From contig NC_091476.1 in NCBI RefSeq assembly GCF_036971445.1, positions 66,100,191 through 66,156,000 on the forward strand: a stretch of DNA of 55,810 bases, given 5' to 3'. Below are positions 47,901 through 54,512 of this stretch, piece after piece. A model generated the notes under the pieces. That model was given only the letters and a program-made list of their open reading frames with translations, made no database searches and was not told the DNA's origin. Numbering within the stretch: position 1 is the stretch's first letter; each line of letters starts with the position of its first letter. The DNA is from Narcine bancroftii. Taxonomy: Eukaryota. The position numbers were made by a program, and so were the translations under genes.

Positions 47901-50538
47901 GAAGCTGGGGCCAGTGGAGAAGCAGGAAAGGTCCAAGAGGTGAGCTCATGGGAACAGACCTGGGGGCAGGAAACTCAGTAAGGAGAGCCCATGGGATTAT
48001 TCCGCAGGGGGAATGAGCCTCCGGATTAAGGAAACGGGACTTGGGAGAATGATGTTCAGGGGAAGGGCTAGCAGAGGCTGGATGGGCCTCAAGGCAGTGC
48101 AGGGGAGTGAGAGGAACCGAGCGTAACCAATCAGTGCTCTTGACTTCCAGAAATGACCAAGAACTTAGAGACGAACCACAACAAAGTGAGAGAGGGGCCA
48201 AGGGATCTGCCCACCACGGAAGGTTGGTTCTGTTTTATTTGCATATCCATCTAACTCCTCCCTGTGTGCCTTAAAGTTCAAGGAGGACCCTCGTCCTTGA
48301 CTAGGTTGAACACATCACCAGGTGGGGCAACAGCCGTTCGTTCCTGTTTGTGTCTGAATTGGAAATATTGCATTAACCTCTCTCTCCCCCCTCCCCTTTC
48401 TTTCTCTCTCCCCCTCCCCTTACTCTCCCCCTCCCCTTACTCTCCCCCTCCCCTTACTCTCCCCTCCCCTTACTCTCCCCCTCCCCTTACTCTCCCCCTC
48501 CCCTTACTCTCCCCCTCCCCTTACTCTCCCCCTCCCCTTACTCTCCCCCTCCCCTTACTCTCCCCCTCCCCTTACTCTCCCCCTCCCCTTACTCTCCCCC
48601 TCCCCTTACTCTCCCCCTCCCCTTACTCTCCCCCTCCCCTTACTCTCCCCCTCCCCTTACTCTCCCTCCCCTTACTCTCCCCCTCCCCTTACTCTCCCCC
48701 TCCCCTTACTCTCCCCCTCCCCTTACTCTCCCCTCCCCTTACTCTCCCCTCCCCTTACTCTCCCCCTCCCCTTACTCTCCCCCTCCCCTTACTCTCCCCC
48801 TCCCCTTACTCTCCCCCTCCCCTTACTCTCCCCCTCCCTTACTCTCCCCCTCCCCTTACTCTCCCCCTACCCTTACTCCCCTCCCTTACTCTCCCCCCTC
48901 CCCTTACTCTCCCCCTCCCCTTACTCTCCCCCTCCCCTTACTCTCCCCCTCCCCTTACTCTCCCCCTCCCTTACTCTCCCCCTCCCCTTACTCTCCCCCT
49001 CCCCTTACTCTCCCCCTCCCCTTACTCTCCCCCTCCCCTTACTCTCCCCCTCCCCTTACTCTCCCCTCCCCTTACTCTCCCCCTCCCCTTACTCTCCCCC
49101 TCCCCTTACTCTCCCCTCCCCTTACTCTCCCCCTCCCCTTACTCTCCCCCTCCCCTTACTCTCCCCTCCCCTTACTCTCCCCTCCCCTTACTCTCCCCCT
49201 CCCCTTACTCTCCCCCTCCCCTTACTCTCCCCCTCCCCTTACTCTCCCCCTCCCCTTACTCTCCCCTCCCCTTACTCTCCCCCTCCCCTTACTCTCCCCC
49301 TCCCCTTACTCTCCCCCTCCCATTTCACACACACACTCTCTCTCTCTCTTCCTCTGATCGGACCCCACCCACTGAGCTCCAGGTGTGATCAGCCTGGCCT
49401 CAGAGTTCTTCGCCCTGCACCCCTGTGACTCAGACGTCTCTACACAGCCTCCTTACCCCAGTGCCGCTGCGCTCTTCAGGCCCAGACCCCTCCCTGCTCA
49501 CCTCTGGTTAGCGCAGCCTCCTCTGGGAAACTCCTGGAAAGACCCCTTCCCATAACCAGTGGTGGGTTAAGTAACACCCAGGCCCCAAGGCTGAACATTA
49601 GTAAGGCCTCCCCCCCCCCCCCCCGACCTTGCCCCCCTGCCCCACCATTGAATAGAGTGGCGTTGTTACATTAAATAACATATTAGGGGGGTCTTCAAAG
49701 AGGTCGATATTGACCTCTGGGAGTCGATGGGACAATCCAAGGAGTCACAAAATGCCAGGAGGTTGATAAACACCGGGGGGGGGGGGGGGGGGTCGAAAGA
49801 ATTGTAGAGTCTGACATCCGCGCTCCTGTCCAGGAGCCCGAGGTCCCCGTTCCTCCTCCATTCCGGTCCTCGAGGCTTAATCCTACTTAGCCCAATGGTT
49901 AATCCAACCACAACCCTTCAGCAACCTGTCCCTGCCTCGGGAGTGTGTGATGAGACAGTGTGGAGGGAGCTTCACTCTGTGTCCGACCCCGGGAATGTGT
50001 GACAGACGATGTGGAGGGAGCTTCATTCTGTGTCTGACCCCGGGAGTGTGTGACGGGACGGTGCGGAGGGAGCTTCACTCTGTGTCTGACCCCTGGAGTG
50101 TGTGATGGGACGAGAGGAAAGTAAAAGGGTGGGGGGGGGGGGGTGTTGAGTAGAAATAACACAGCGGGTGGAGTCGGAGATTGGGGAGCAAAGGGGAATG
50201 AATCTGGGATCTGACGCATGAGGCCATAACGGTCACCTTCAGGGGGATGTGAAGGGTGGATGGAACCAGCTGGGTTGGTGGTGGGTCCTTCTGGTCAACC
50301 TTGGTGGTGGGGGGGGGGGGGTGTGGAGGGGAGAACGAGGTTACAAAATGGGGAGGTGTGCATCCCGATGGATGAGTGAGCTTCCCGTGTCCACTGTGGG
50401 GGTTGTTTATTCTGAAGATTGTTTGCTGACACAGCCTTATGCTTCCCCCTATCCCCCCCCCCCCACCCTTGCCCTCCAGGTGTGAGTCACACAGAAAGCA
50501 GGGAGGGAGAGACCCCTGTGTCTTCGTTGTACCAATAA
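2810..50538 (+). CDS. CCDC88B: CCDC88B (Gipie/HkRP3)-like Hook-related coiled-coil protein gene; 26 coding exons in window, 5'-incomplete
   Basis: The spliced translation has an N-terminal Hook domain ([47 protein letters not shown]) and a long coiled coil ([29 protein letters not shown]). The tail resembles recalled human CCDC88B ([58 protein letters not shown]). All visible intron phases are compatible. Confidence 0.88.
3045..3189. repeat. 49-bp tandem repeat running into N gap
   Basis: Three copies of ~ccctggctgattctcccctctctctaaccccagggtcactgggcaggaa. Confidence 0.85.
3650..3900 (+). mobile_element. Penelope-like retroelement GIY-YIG 3' fragment
   Basis: Decayed translation IGET..., FNSMPHS...[21 protein letters not shown], typical of the Penelope endonuclease C-terminus. 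Confidence 0.75.
4164..4272 (+). CDS. CCDC88B: CCDC88B exon 3
   Basis: cccag|TGAC...TACCAG|gtaaac; [36 protein letters not shown]; phase 2-0. Confidence 0.95.
4440..4670 (+). mobile_element. CR1 LINE 3' end fragment
   Basis: acatttaagagg..ttggacaggtac..gaaggatatggactggatgcagg..gaaggggcctgtt..tgctgta, a CR1-type 3' terminus shared with other copies here. Confidence 0.7.
5890..6400 (+). mobile_element. CR1 RT fragment followed by Penelope fragment
   Basis: [17 protein letters not shown] (CR1), then RLEEQH..gcagctctccagccggatggc (Penelope). Confidence 0.65.
8265..8660. repeat. 64-bp minisatellite decaying into the exon 4 acceptor
   Basis: gtaacacattccc recurs at 8348, 8412 and 8476; shorter cccttcctctg sub-units continue to 8660. 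Confidence 0.9.
8666..8735 (+). CDS. CCDC88B: CCDC88B exon 4
   Basis: cacag|GAAGAC...AGCG|gtgagc; [23 protein letters not shown]; phase 0-1. Confidence 0.95.
9125..9985 (+). mobile_element. CR1 LINE 3' portion, degenerate
   Basis: [18 protein letters not shown], and [30 protein letters not shown] motifs of the CR1 ORF2 C-terminus. Confidence 0.85.
10160..10218 (+). CDS. CCDC88B: CCDC88B exon 5
   Basis: ggcag|ACGAG...GTTCAG|gtaggc; (D)[19 protein letters not shown]; phase 1-0. Confidence 0.95.
10385..10990 (-). mobile_element. CR1 LINE 3' portion
   Basis: Minus-strand [22 protein letters not shown]. Confidence 0.75.
11076..11160. mobile_element. hAT-like MITE terminal fragment
   Basis: cagtggccctcaacctttttcttcccac...taagtaatccc, similar to the full copies at 13948 and 16544. 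Confidence 0.6.
11197..11280 (+). CDS. CCDC88B: CCDC88B exon 6
   Basis: tgcag|AGTGAG...CGGGAG|gtgagt; [28 protein letters not shown]; phase 0-0. Confidence 0.95.
11590..11805. repeat. 22-bp minisatellite
   Basis: Unit gccgttgtgggccatggaggtg and variants, ~9 copies. Confidence 0.85.
11880..12600 (+). mobile_element. Rex1/Babar-type LINE 3' fragment
   Basis: [42 protein letters not shown], similar to the copies at 31150 and 43460. Confidence 0.7.
12633..12773 (+). CDS. CCDC88B: CCDC88B exon 7
   Basis: tccag|GTCACA...CTGGAG|gtcagt; [47 protein letters not shown]; phase 0-0. Confidence 0.94.
13020..13715 (+). mobile_element. V-SINE-type SINE split by a CR1 insertion
   Basis: Head ggtgtagcagtcagtgc..ggttcgaatccc..ggagtttgcacattc (13020-13106) resumes at ~13660 as gttctccccgtg.ctgcgtg..gctccggtttcctcc. 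Confidence 0.7.
13110..13659 (-). mobile_element. CR1 LINE 3' portion
   Basis: [36 protein letters not shown] and [34 protein letters not shown]. Confidence 0.92.
13948..14256. mobile_element. hAT (Charlie-like) MITE
   Basis: Termini cagtggttct.../...aggttgagaaccacag; interior matches the copy at 16544. Confidence 0.75.
14270..15371 (-). mobile_element. Chapaev3-like (CMC) DNA transposon 5' fragment, interrupted by an RTE LINE
   Basis: TIR CACTGGACAAC ending at 15371 with flanking tta; minus-strand transposase N-terminal relic [26 protein letters not shown]; subterminal sequence shared with the 51087-51622 element. Confidence 0.7.
14745..15215 (-). mobile_element. RTE-clade (BovB-like) LINE 3' fragment
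   Basis: [47 protein letters not shown]...[19 protein letters not shown]. Confidence 0.92.
15470..15745. repeat. degenerate ~22-25-bp repeat built on GTGGGCGGAGCC (GC box)
   Basis: About 11 variants of gtgggcggagcctc separated by short spacers. Confidence 0.7.
15899..16041 (+). CDS. CCDC88B: CCDC88B exon 8
   Basis: cccag|AGGATC...GAGCT|gtgagt; [13 protein letters not shown]...[22 protein letters not shown]; phase 0-2. Confidence 0.93.
16544..16899. mobile_element. hAT (Charlie-like) MITE
   Basis: TIRs cagtggttctcaa/ttgagaacca; extra internal TIR at ~16775. Confidence 0.8.
16903..17335 (+). mobile_element. CR1 RT fragment carrying a nested MITE
   Basis: [30 protein letters not shown]; [23 protein letters not shown]. 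Confidence 0.85.
17045..17217. mobile_element. Tc1/mariner-pogo type MITE
   Basis: TIRs (ta)caggtacacaatcctttatcc / ggataaaggattgtgtacct, inserted at a TA within the CR1 fragment. Confidence 0.8.
17346..17715. mobile_element. palindromic hAT MITE derivative
   Basis: 17346-17575 is the reverse complement of the right part of the 16544 copy; 17577-17714 repeats that part in forward orientation. Confidence 0.75.
17775..17990 (+). mobile_element. V-SINE-type SINE
   Basis: ttctccccgtgtctgcgtg core and tail ggactcatgggccgaaatgtcctgttaccgtgctg. Confidence 0.7.
18145..18447. repeat. 20-bp minisatellite with variant blocks
   Basis: Core ttccctcattaacccc; blocks gacgttcccaccttaacccc x3 and gagttccctcattaacccct x4. 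Confidence 0.9.
18695..19290 (-). mobile_element. SINE (18695-18880) adjacent to Penelope 3' fragment (18900-19290)
   Basis: Reverse V-SINE core; minus-strand [29 protein letters not shown]. Confidence 0.75.
19727..19808 (+). CDS. CCDC88B: CCDC88B exon 9
   Basis: ggcag|CGAGGAA...AAGCAG|gtacaa; [27 protein letters not shown]; phase 2-0. Confidence 0.9.
19960..20085 (+). repeat. dispersed ~52-bp tandem repeat family, cluster 1
   Basis: ggggtcagacacagagtgaagctcc..caccgtcccatcacacactcc. Confidence 0.8.
20163..20321 (+). CDS. CCDC88B: CCDC88B exon 10
   Basis: cccag|AACCGT...GCGGAG|gtacgg; [53 protein letters not shown]; phase 0-0. Confidence 0.95.
21070..21625. repeat. ~41-bp G-rich minisatellite with 124-bp higher-order unit
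   Basis: Unit ~ccctggtggtggggaggggtga..tctggtatatgatg; atccagtatgtgatgcaccc recurs at 21301 and 21425. Confidence 0.9.
21752..21898 (+). CDS. CCDC88B: CCDC88B exon 11
   Basis: cgcag|GAGGAG...GAGATG|gtgagg; [49 protein letters not shown]; phase 0-0. Confidence 0.95.
22290..23120. mobile_element. CR1 fragments (minus 22290-22850, plus 22855-23120)
   Basis: [20 protein letters not shown] and [25 protein letters not shown] on the minus strand; CR1 3' end on the plus strand. Confidence 0.85.
24568..25248 (+). mobile_element. probable solo LTR
   Basis: TGTAA...TTACA termini, internal AATAAA at ~25093, lower GC than flanks; no matching TSD found. Confidence 0.5.
25779..25923 (+). CDS. CCDC88B: CCDC88B exon 12
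   Basis: cacag|GAACGG...GGACG|gtaagg; [48 protein letters not shown]; phase 0-1. Confidence 0.93.
25950..26225 (+). repeat. dispersed ~52-bp tandem repeat family, cluster 2 (~5 copies)
   Basis: gacacagagtga recurs with a 52-bp period (25979, 26031, ...). Confidence 0.9.
26420..26607 (+). CDS. CCDC88B: CCDC88B exon 13
   Basis: tgcag|ATACAG...GCCACG|gtaata; [35 protein letters not shown]...[11 protein letters not shown]; phase 1-0. Confidence 0.92.
26620..27305. repeat. ~33-37-bp minisatellite
   Basis: Unit ~ggtcccacacactgaccctcactggggggac, ~20 copies, starting just after the exon 13 donor. Confidence 0.9.
27731..28477 (+). CDS. CCDC88B: CCDC88B exon 14 (large coiled-coil exon, 249 codons)
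   Basis: ggcag|GTCCAA...CGCGAG|gtacgt; open frame including [17 protein letters not shown] and [17 protein letters not shown], similar to the end of the large Girdin/Daple exon; phase 0-0. Confidence 0.9.
28710..28837 (+). CDS. CCDC88B: CCDC88B exon 15 (followed by GC donor)
   Basis: cccag|GACCTG...CCCAG|gcaagt; [42 protein letters not shown]; phase 0-2. Confidence 0.88.
28880..29135. repeat. 13-bp GC-rich tandem repeat (ccccggccccgct)n
   Basis: About 18 perfect copies; G-tracts on the minus strand. Confidence 0.95.
29882..30020 (+). CDS. CCDC88B: CCDC88B exon 16
   Basis: cgtag|TTACGAG...GTGCAG|gtcagt; [46 protein letters not shown]; phase 2-0. Confidence 0.92.
30252..30401 (+). CDS. CCDC88B: CCDC88B exon 17
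   Basis: cccag|TTGAAG...AGGAAG|gtaagt; [13 protein letters not shown]...[15 protein letters not shown]; phase 0-0. Confidence 0.93.
30485..31085. repeat. 36-bp minisatellite carrying RFX X-box motifs
   Basis: Unit gggtcccatcagtcactgggagggttacctagcaac, ~16-17 copies with some shorter variants. Confidence 0.92.
31150..31740 (-). mobile_element. Rex1/Babar-type LINE 3' fragment
   Basis: [13 protein letters not shown]; [27 protein letters not shown]. Confidence 0.8.
31797..32030. repeat. TG-rich low-complexity block duplicated with a 102-bp period
   Basis: gcatgtgtgcgtatctctgcg at 31821 and 31923. Confidence 0.85.
32067..32228 (+). CDS. CCDC88B: CCDC88B exon 18
   Basis: cccag|AATGCC...CTGCAG|gtcagt; [54 protein letters not shown]; phase 0-0. 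Confidence 0.95.
32240..33330. repeat. degenerate C-rich minisatellite
   Basis: Recurrent ctcacccc.gtcccctc.gaa and ccccggggtctcacccc units, starting right after exon 18. Confidence 0.85.
33956..34233 (+). CDS. CCDC88B: CCDC88B exon 19
   Basis: cccag|GTGGAG...GGGAG|gtgagg; [12 protein letters not shown]...[46 protein letters not shown]; phase 0-2. Confidence 0.95.
34385..35440. mobile_element. CR1 fragments (minus 34385-35000, plus 35190-35440)
   Basis: [45 protein letters not shown] on the minus strand; a similar motif on the plus strand. Confidence 0.85.
35445..36855. repeat. G-rich satellite with two homogeneous 19-bp cores
   Basis: (ggggcctagggtcggggcc)n at ~35640-36050 and (ggggcctagggtcaggaca)n, ~16 copies, at ~36160-36465, within degenerate flanks of the same motif. 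Confidence 0.93.
36953..37096 (+). CDS. CCDC88B: CCDC88B exon 20
   Basis: cccag|GTACAAC...AACAG|gtaacg; [48 protein letters not shown]; phase 2-2. Confidence 0.94.
37200..37425. repeat. ~40-bp A-rich tandem repeat
   Basis: gcagatgctgaaattc..aaaa at 37257, 37297, 37342 and 37382. Confidence 0.85.
37998..38212. repeat. 31-bp G-rich minisatellite
   Basis: Unit ggggcccagagcgggggaagggcctgggaca, ~6-7 copies. Confidence 0.9.
38558..38744 (+). CDS. CCDC88B: CCDC88B exon 21
   Basis: cccag|GCTGAG...TGCGAG|gtacgc; [24 protein letters not shown]...[20 protein letters not shown]; phase 2-0. Confidence 0.95.
39554..39699 (+). CDS. CCDC88B: CCDC88B exon 22
   Basis: catag|CTCCTG...TACAC|gtgagt; [49 protein letters not shown]; phase 0-2. 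Confidence 0.96.
40389..40476 (+). CDS. CCDC88B: CCDC88B exon 23 (3' end lost in N gap 40477-40605)
   Basis: cccag|GGACAAG...; [29 protein letters not shown], then Ns. Confidence 0.93.
42270..42445 (+). CDS. CCDC88B: CCDC88B exon 24 (tandem CAGCAG acceptor; alternative start 42273)
   Basis: cccag|CAGGAAG...CAGTG|gtgagt; [58 protein letters not shown]; phase 2-1. Confidence 0.92.
43460..44570 (+). mobile_element. Rex1/Babar-clade LINE, RT and 3' region, frameshifted
   Basis: [27 protein letters not shown]; TGAPQG; IYKFADDS; [21 protein letters not shown]; [24 protein letters not shown]. Confidence 0.9.
45411..45626 (+). CDS. CCDC88B: CCDC88B exon 25
   Basis: ccaag|GTTCC...GAAAG|gtaata; [14 protein letters not shown]...[33 protein letters not shown]...DGK; phase 1-1. 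Confidence 0.85.
45669..46592. repeat. perfect 19-bp tandem array (gtacacagtcccgtgtccc)n
   Basis: About 48 apparently identical copies; degenerate related units continue to ~46900. Confidence 0.97.
48151..48222 (+). CDS. CCDC88B: probable CCDC88B exon 26
   Basis: tcttgacttccag|AAATG...CGGAAG|gttggt; 72 nt, phase 1-1, no stop; (E)[23 protein letters not shown]. Supported by splice signals and phase only. Confidence 0.55.
48405..49320. repeat. 17-bp polypyrimidine minisatellite (tactctccccctcccct)n
   Basis: About 54 copies varying only in C-run length. Confidence 0.95.
49935..50115 (-). repeat. dispersed ~52-bp tandem repeat family, cluster 3 (inverted)
   Basis: ggagggagcttcactctgtgtctgaccccgggagtgtgtga is the reverse complement of clusters 1 and 2. 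Confidence 0.85.
50480..50538 (+). CDS. CCDC88B: probable terminal coding exon 27 of CCDC88B
   Basis: Long pyrimidine tract then ctccag|GTGTG; phase 1; (G)[18 protein letters not shown], resembling the recalled human CCDC88B C-terminus (...PLTPSLSQ*). Confidence 0.6.
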
Positions 50539-51086
50539 CCGTCCAAGAGCCAGGAGCCGCCTCTGCCATTGCCTCATCGTCCTGCTCCGAACCACACTGC
50601 ATCTGAGATGCGAGTCGCTGGTTCAAATCCTGCCCGGGAATTTAAACTGGACTTTTTAAAAAATAGATAATATCAGGAAAAGAGTGACGTTATCCAAGGG
50701 TGAAGGGGAGAAATGGACCATCCTCTTTCTGGCTGTACAAATTGAAGGGAGGCAGTTCTCTGATTGGCCGGGATGGGGAGCAGAGGGCAGCCGGATTCGG
50801 GTGGAGCGGACCACCGGAAGGACCCCACTCCACCGCTGAACTGAGGGACGGAGAGGCACTGGCGAATCCCCCCTCCTTCCCCACTCCCATCCCCCGTGTG
50901 GGCTTGAGCTGTCGGGACAGGAATATTTCACCCCCCCCTCCATCATTGACCCGCGACTGGTTAAAGTCTCTACATCTTTGCAGGTGGTTCAAAGGCTCCC
51001 TGAACTTCCAGCCCACAGGACGCAGAGGCCATTCATGCCATCAACTCTGTGCTGGCTCTCAGGAAATGTTACACCCCACCTGATTA

Positions 51087-51622
51087 CGCTGGACAACAAC
51101 TTCTTTTCAAAAGGTTTTGCTTCCTGTAAAGAAATGGGGGGATTACGACAGACAACGTCAAGCTGAACACAAAGATAATTTTAGATCTGCTTCATCATGT
51201 AGGAAGTTGGAGAAACATTAACTGTTATCGAGTTTGACACTCGGCTGACCTGAAAAATGACTTTCGTTCGTACTCAGCATCTGATGCCTCCCAACAGTAG
51301 GCAGCCAGCACCGATGGATTCCAGGGGTCCGACGCCGGCTTTTCCACGGTCACAGCGTTCCGGCGGAGCCTTTCACTGCGCTCGTCGCTAACCATGCCAG
51401 GACCAGCGGGGAAGACGTCCAAGGCCGAATTTTCAATGACGTGTCACACTTGGCCGCATGAGGTAAAATTAAAATGTGGAAGGAAATCACAAAAAATAGG
51501 TTACACCTGAAAGAAAACGGCATGATAGAAGAATGTTCAGGTGATTTTCATGATCAGCGGCCCCAAAAATGCATAAAATACACCCCAAAATTTCCAGGAA
51601 GCTGAATCTTCGTTGTCCAGCG
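51087..51622 (-). mobile_element. internally deleted Chapaev3-like DNA transposon
   Basis: Perfect 11-bp TIRs CGCTGGACAAC/GTTGTCCAGCG flanked by tta/taa; minus-strand relic DVFP..GMVSDERSER...WNPSVLAAYCW..EYERKS resembles the transposase C-terminus. Confidence 0.75.
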
Positions 51623-51653
51623 TAAGCAGTTCAACATCGTCAAGGACCCCACC

Positions 51654-51659
51654 AATAAA
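51654..51659 (+). terminator. candidate polyadenylation signal
   Basis: First AATAAA after the proposed stop, followed by T-rich sequence; another AATAAA lies at 52482. Confidence 0.3.
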
Positions 51660-52999
51660 GCCCCACCCGATAATTTTCCATGTAATATATTTTCTCTCCT
51701 GCCTGTCAACTCACTCCCAATTCTCTTACCATCCCCCCTCCCCCCAGCACCACAAAGGGGTTGGAAGGATGCAGGAATCTGCTCCCTTTTGCCACGGGTG
51801 CAGGGAGAGAAGTTTGTTTAACAAGCAGACTCACGACAAGTGAGATGCCATGCTGTACTGGGAGGTTCGTTGGGATTATGATTTGTGAGTTGACAGGGCG
51901 CTGGCCTTCGTTAGTCGGGTCATTGCACTCAAGAGTCGCTGCGGTTCTGTAAAACTCCGGTTGGACCACGCTTGGAGGTTTGCGGAAGCACACAGTAAAT
52001 GATGGAGGAACTCGCCCCGGCCACCTGCCAGAGCCCCCGCCCCACCAGATTGCAGGTCCTCGCCCCAACCACCCATCTGAGCTATCAGCACCCCAGCCGC
52101 CCATCTGAGCTCCCGATTCCCCAAACGATGCCTGAGCCCTTCTTCAAGGTACATTAAGACTGACCTGGGGGGGAGGGGTCCAGACCAATGAATGGTGTTC
52201 ACTGGATGTGATAAGAGGAGAGGTGAGAATTGATTTCACCTCCATGAAAAGTGACAGAGGGAAGAGAGAGAGAGCTGGGGTAAAGGGGACGGGGAGGAAT
52301 GGGGTGGTGGAGACGAGTTTAACAGAAAGCGGAGAGGTCGAGAGTTGCGTCCAGTTCTGGTCACCTCATTGCAGGAAGGATGAAGCCACCTGGGAGAGGG
52401 TGCAGAGGAGAAGTTGCCTGGAATGGAGAACAAGTTTGACAAGGCTTTTCTCTTGGTTTCCCCAAAATGAACTTCATTCACAATAAATTATTTACCAACA
52501 AAACCCGTTCTAAGTCGATTCACCTTGCTGGTGTCAACCTTTGTTCTCTGTTTGCCTGATTACCACCACTGGGTACCTTGTCGACACTCCTCCCACCCTC
52601 CCCCGCCCCCATTGGTTGACGGGCTTCCCCATGGTCTCAGGCCCTCCATGCCAAGCCTCAGCGCACCCCCCTCTCGCAGCCTGGAATGACTCCAGTCGCT
52701 GGAAGACCCGTGGGTTCCAGGTGAGCCCGAGTGCGCCTTTCACGGGGCCAATGGTCCTCCAGCAGTTTCCGGGAACAGCACTCTGTTCCACTACCCTGGG
52801 GATGAGCCGTGACAAGGACTCCCCTTTCCCCCGCATTCAGCAAAGGGGAGGGTGGGGGGGGTGACTGGTTTCACCCCAGTCATCCCGAGGTGGGTCGTAG
52901 ATGAAGGATGGTCCGACAAAGGAGAAAGGAGGAAGAATAGGGAGGGGGAGGGTCCAGATCAACAGACAAAAGGTGTTCATTTTTTTACAATTTAGACAC

Positions 53000-54240
53000 A
53001 GCATGGTGACAAGTAAACTACAACCCCCTCCCAATTTTGAACGCTGGGAGTCCCACGCAGACACAGGGAGAATGTGCAAACTCCTCCCTGACAGCGTGGA
53101 ATTTCGATCCTGGTCCCAATTGCTGTAAAGGTGCTGCGCCCACCGCCATGCCAACCATTGCCACCCCCACCCCCCATCGGATGTGATAAGGGCAGAGGAG
53201 AGAACTGATCTGTGAAAGGAAACAGAGAGAGAGATGGGGGAAGAGGTTGATGGAAACTGGAGGGGGTCAATGTTAATGCCCTCCAGTTGGAGGGTTCTCA
53301 GATGGATGATGAGGGATGGTTCTTCCAATTTGCGGGCAGTGCATGAGATCAGGGATGGACACATCAGCGAGGGAATGGGGGTGGGGAACTGAAATGGGTG
53401 GCCACTGGGAGATCCACGCTATTGCAATGGACAGAGCTGAGGTGCTCCACAACGTGATTTCCTGCTCTACGTCCGACGTAGAGGGGACCACAACGGGAGC
53501 ATCGGATCCAGCAGGTCACCTTCTGCAGATTCACAAGCAAAAGGTTGCTTCACGTGGAAGGACTGTTTTGAGCCCCGAATGATGCTGAGGGAGGAGGGGC
53601 GGGTGCAAGTGGAGCATCCCCTGAAGTCATGGAGGGTGGGTGCCCAGGGGACGATGGGTGGATGAGGGAGTCACAATGGAAGGTGGAGAGGGGAGTAGAT
53701 GGTGAAAATGGCAGAGGGGAATGTTCTGGATGTGGAGGCTGGTGGGGTGGTAGGAGAGGGTGAGGGGAATCCTGCTCTTGTTGCGGGTGGGGGCTGAGGA
53801 AGCCAGGTAATGGAGGATGTGTGGGTGAGGGCTGAGTTGATGGTGGTCGAGGGAAAGCCACGTGGTTTGAAGGAGGAGGATATCTCTGATGATCTGGCTG
53901 GACGTCCTCATCCTGGGGGCAGATGCAATGGAGGAATTGAGAGAATGGATGGAATTTTTCCAGGAGACAGGGTGGGAAGAGATGTAATCAAGGTAGTTGG
54001 TAAATTTGACATACCATTTTGGCCCACAAGTTCAAGCCACCCGATTTACCTCCCATTAGTCTAAAACCCCCGGTATGTGTCAGGATGGTGGGAGGAAACT
54101 GAGCCCCCAGGGAAAACCCACACAGACATGGGGAGAATGGACAAACTCCTCGCAGACAGCGCAGGATTTGAGTCCTGGTCCTGATTGCTGGTGCTGTAAA
54201 GGTGCTGTGCCGACTGCCAGGCCAGCTGTGCCACCCCATT
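53000..54240 (-). mobile_element. Penelope fragment (53170-53990) flanked by two SINE copies (53000-53150, 54005-54235)
   Basis: ARKLEEPSLIIHLRTLQLEGINID; RIPLTLSYHPTSLHIQNI; reverse V-SINE cores. Confidence 0.75.
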
Positions 54241-54512
54241 TATAGGTGTCAGCCAAGAGTTTGTCTCCCAAGATGGATAGAGAGAGAGAGGAAAACAGTG
54301 AGAGTGTCGCTGGAGATGGGTCGAGTGAATTTGAGGTCGGGGTGGAAGTCAGCAGCAAGGTGGATGTGGGCCAAAGGGCCTGTATGAGCTGCAGATTTCT
54401 CTCCTCTACAGAGGATTGAAAAGAAAAATCATTTAGCACCAAGTGAGGCAGCATGAGAGCACCGCAGTGGGGTTCATCCAGGAGCCCAATGGCTGCGTGG
54501 TAGAGATGGTCT

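Noticed and set aside
48264-49388. 374-aa Pro/Leu/Ser-rich, extensin-like ORF
   Set aside because: It is a translation of the 17-bp polypyrimidine minisatellite.
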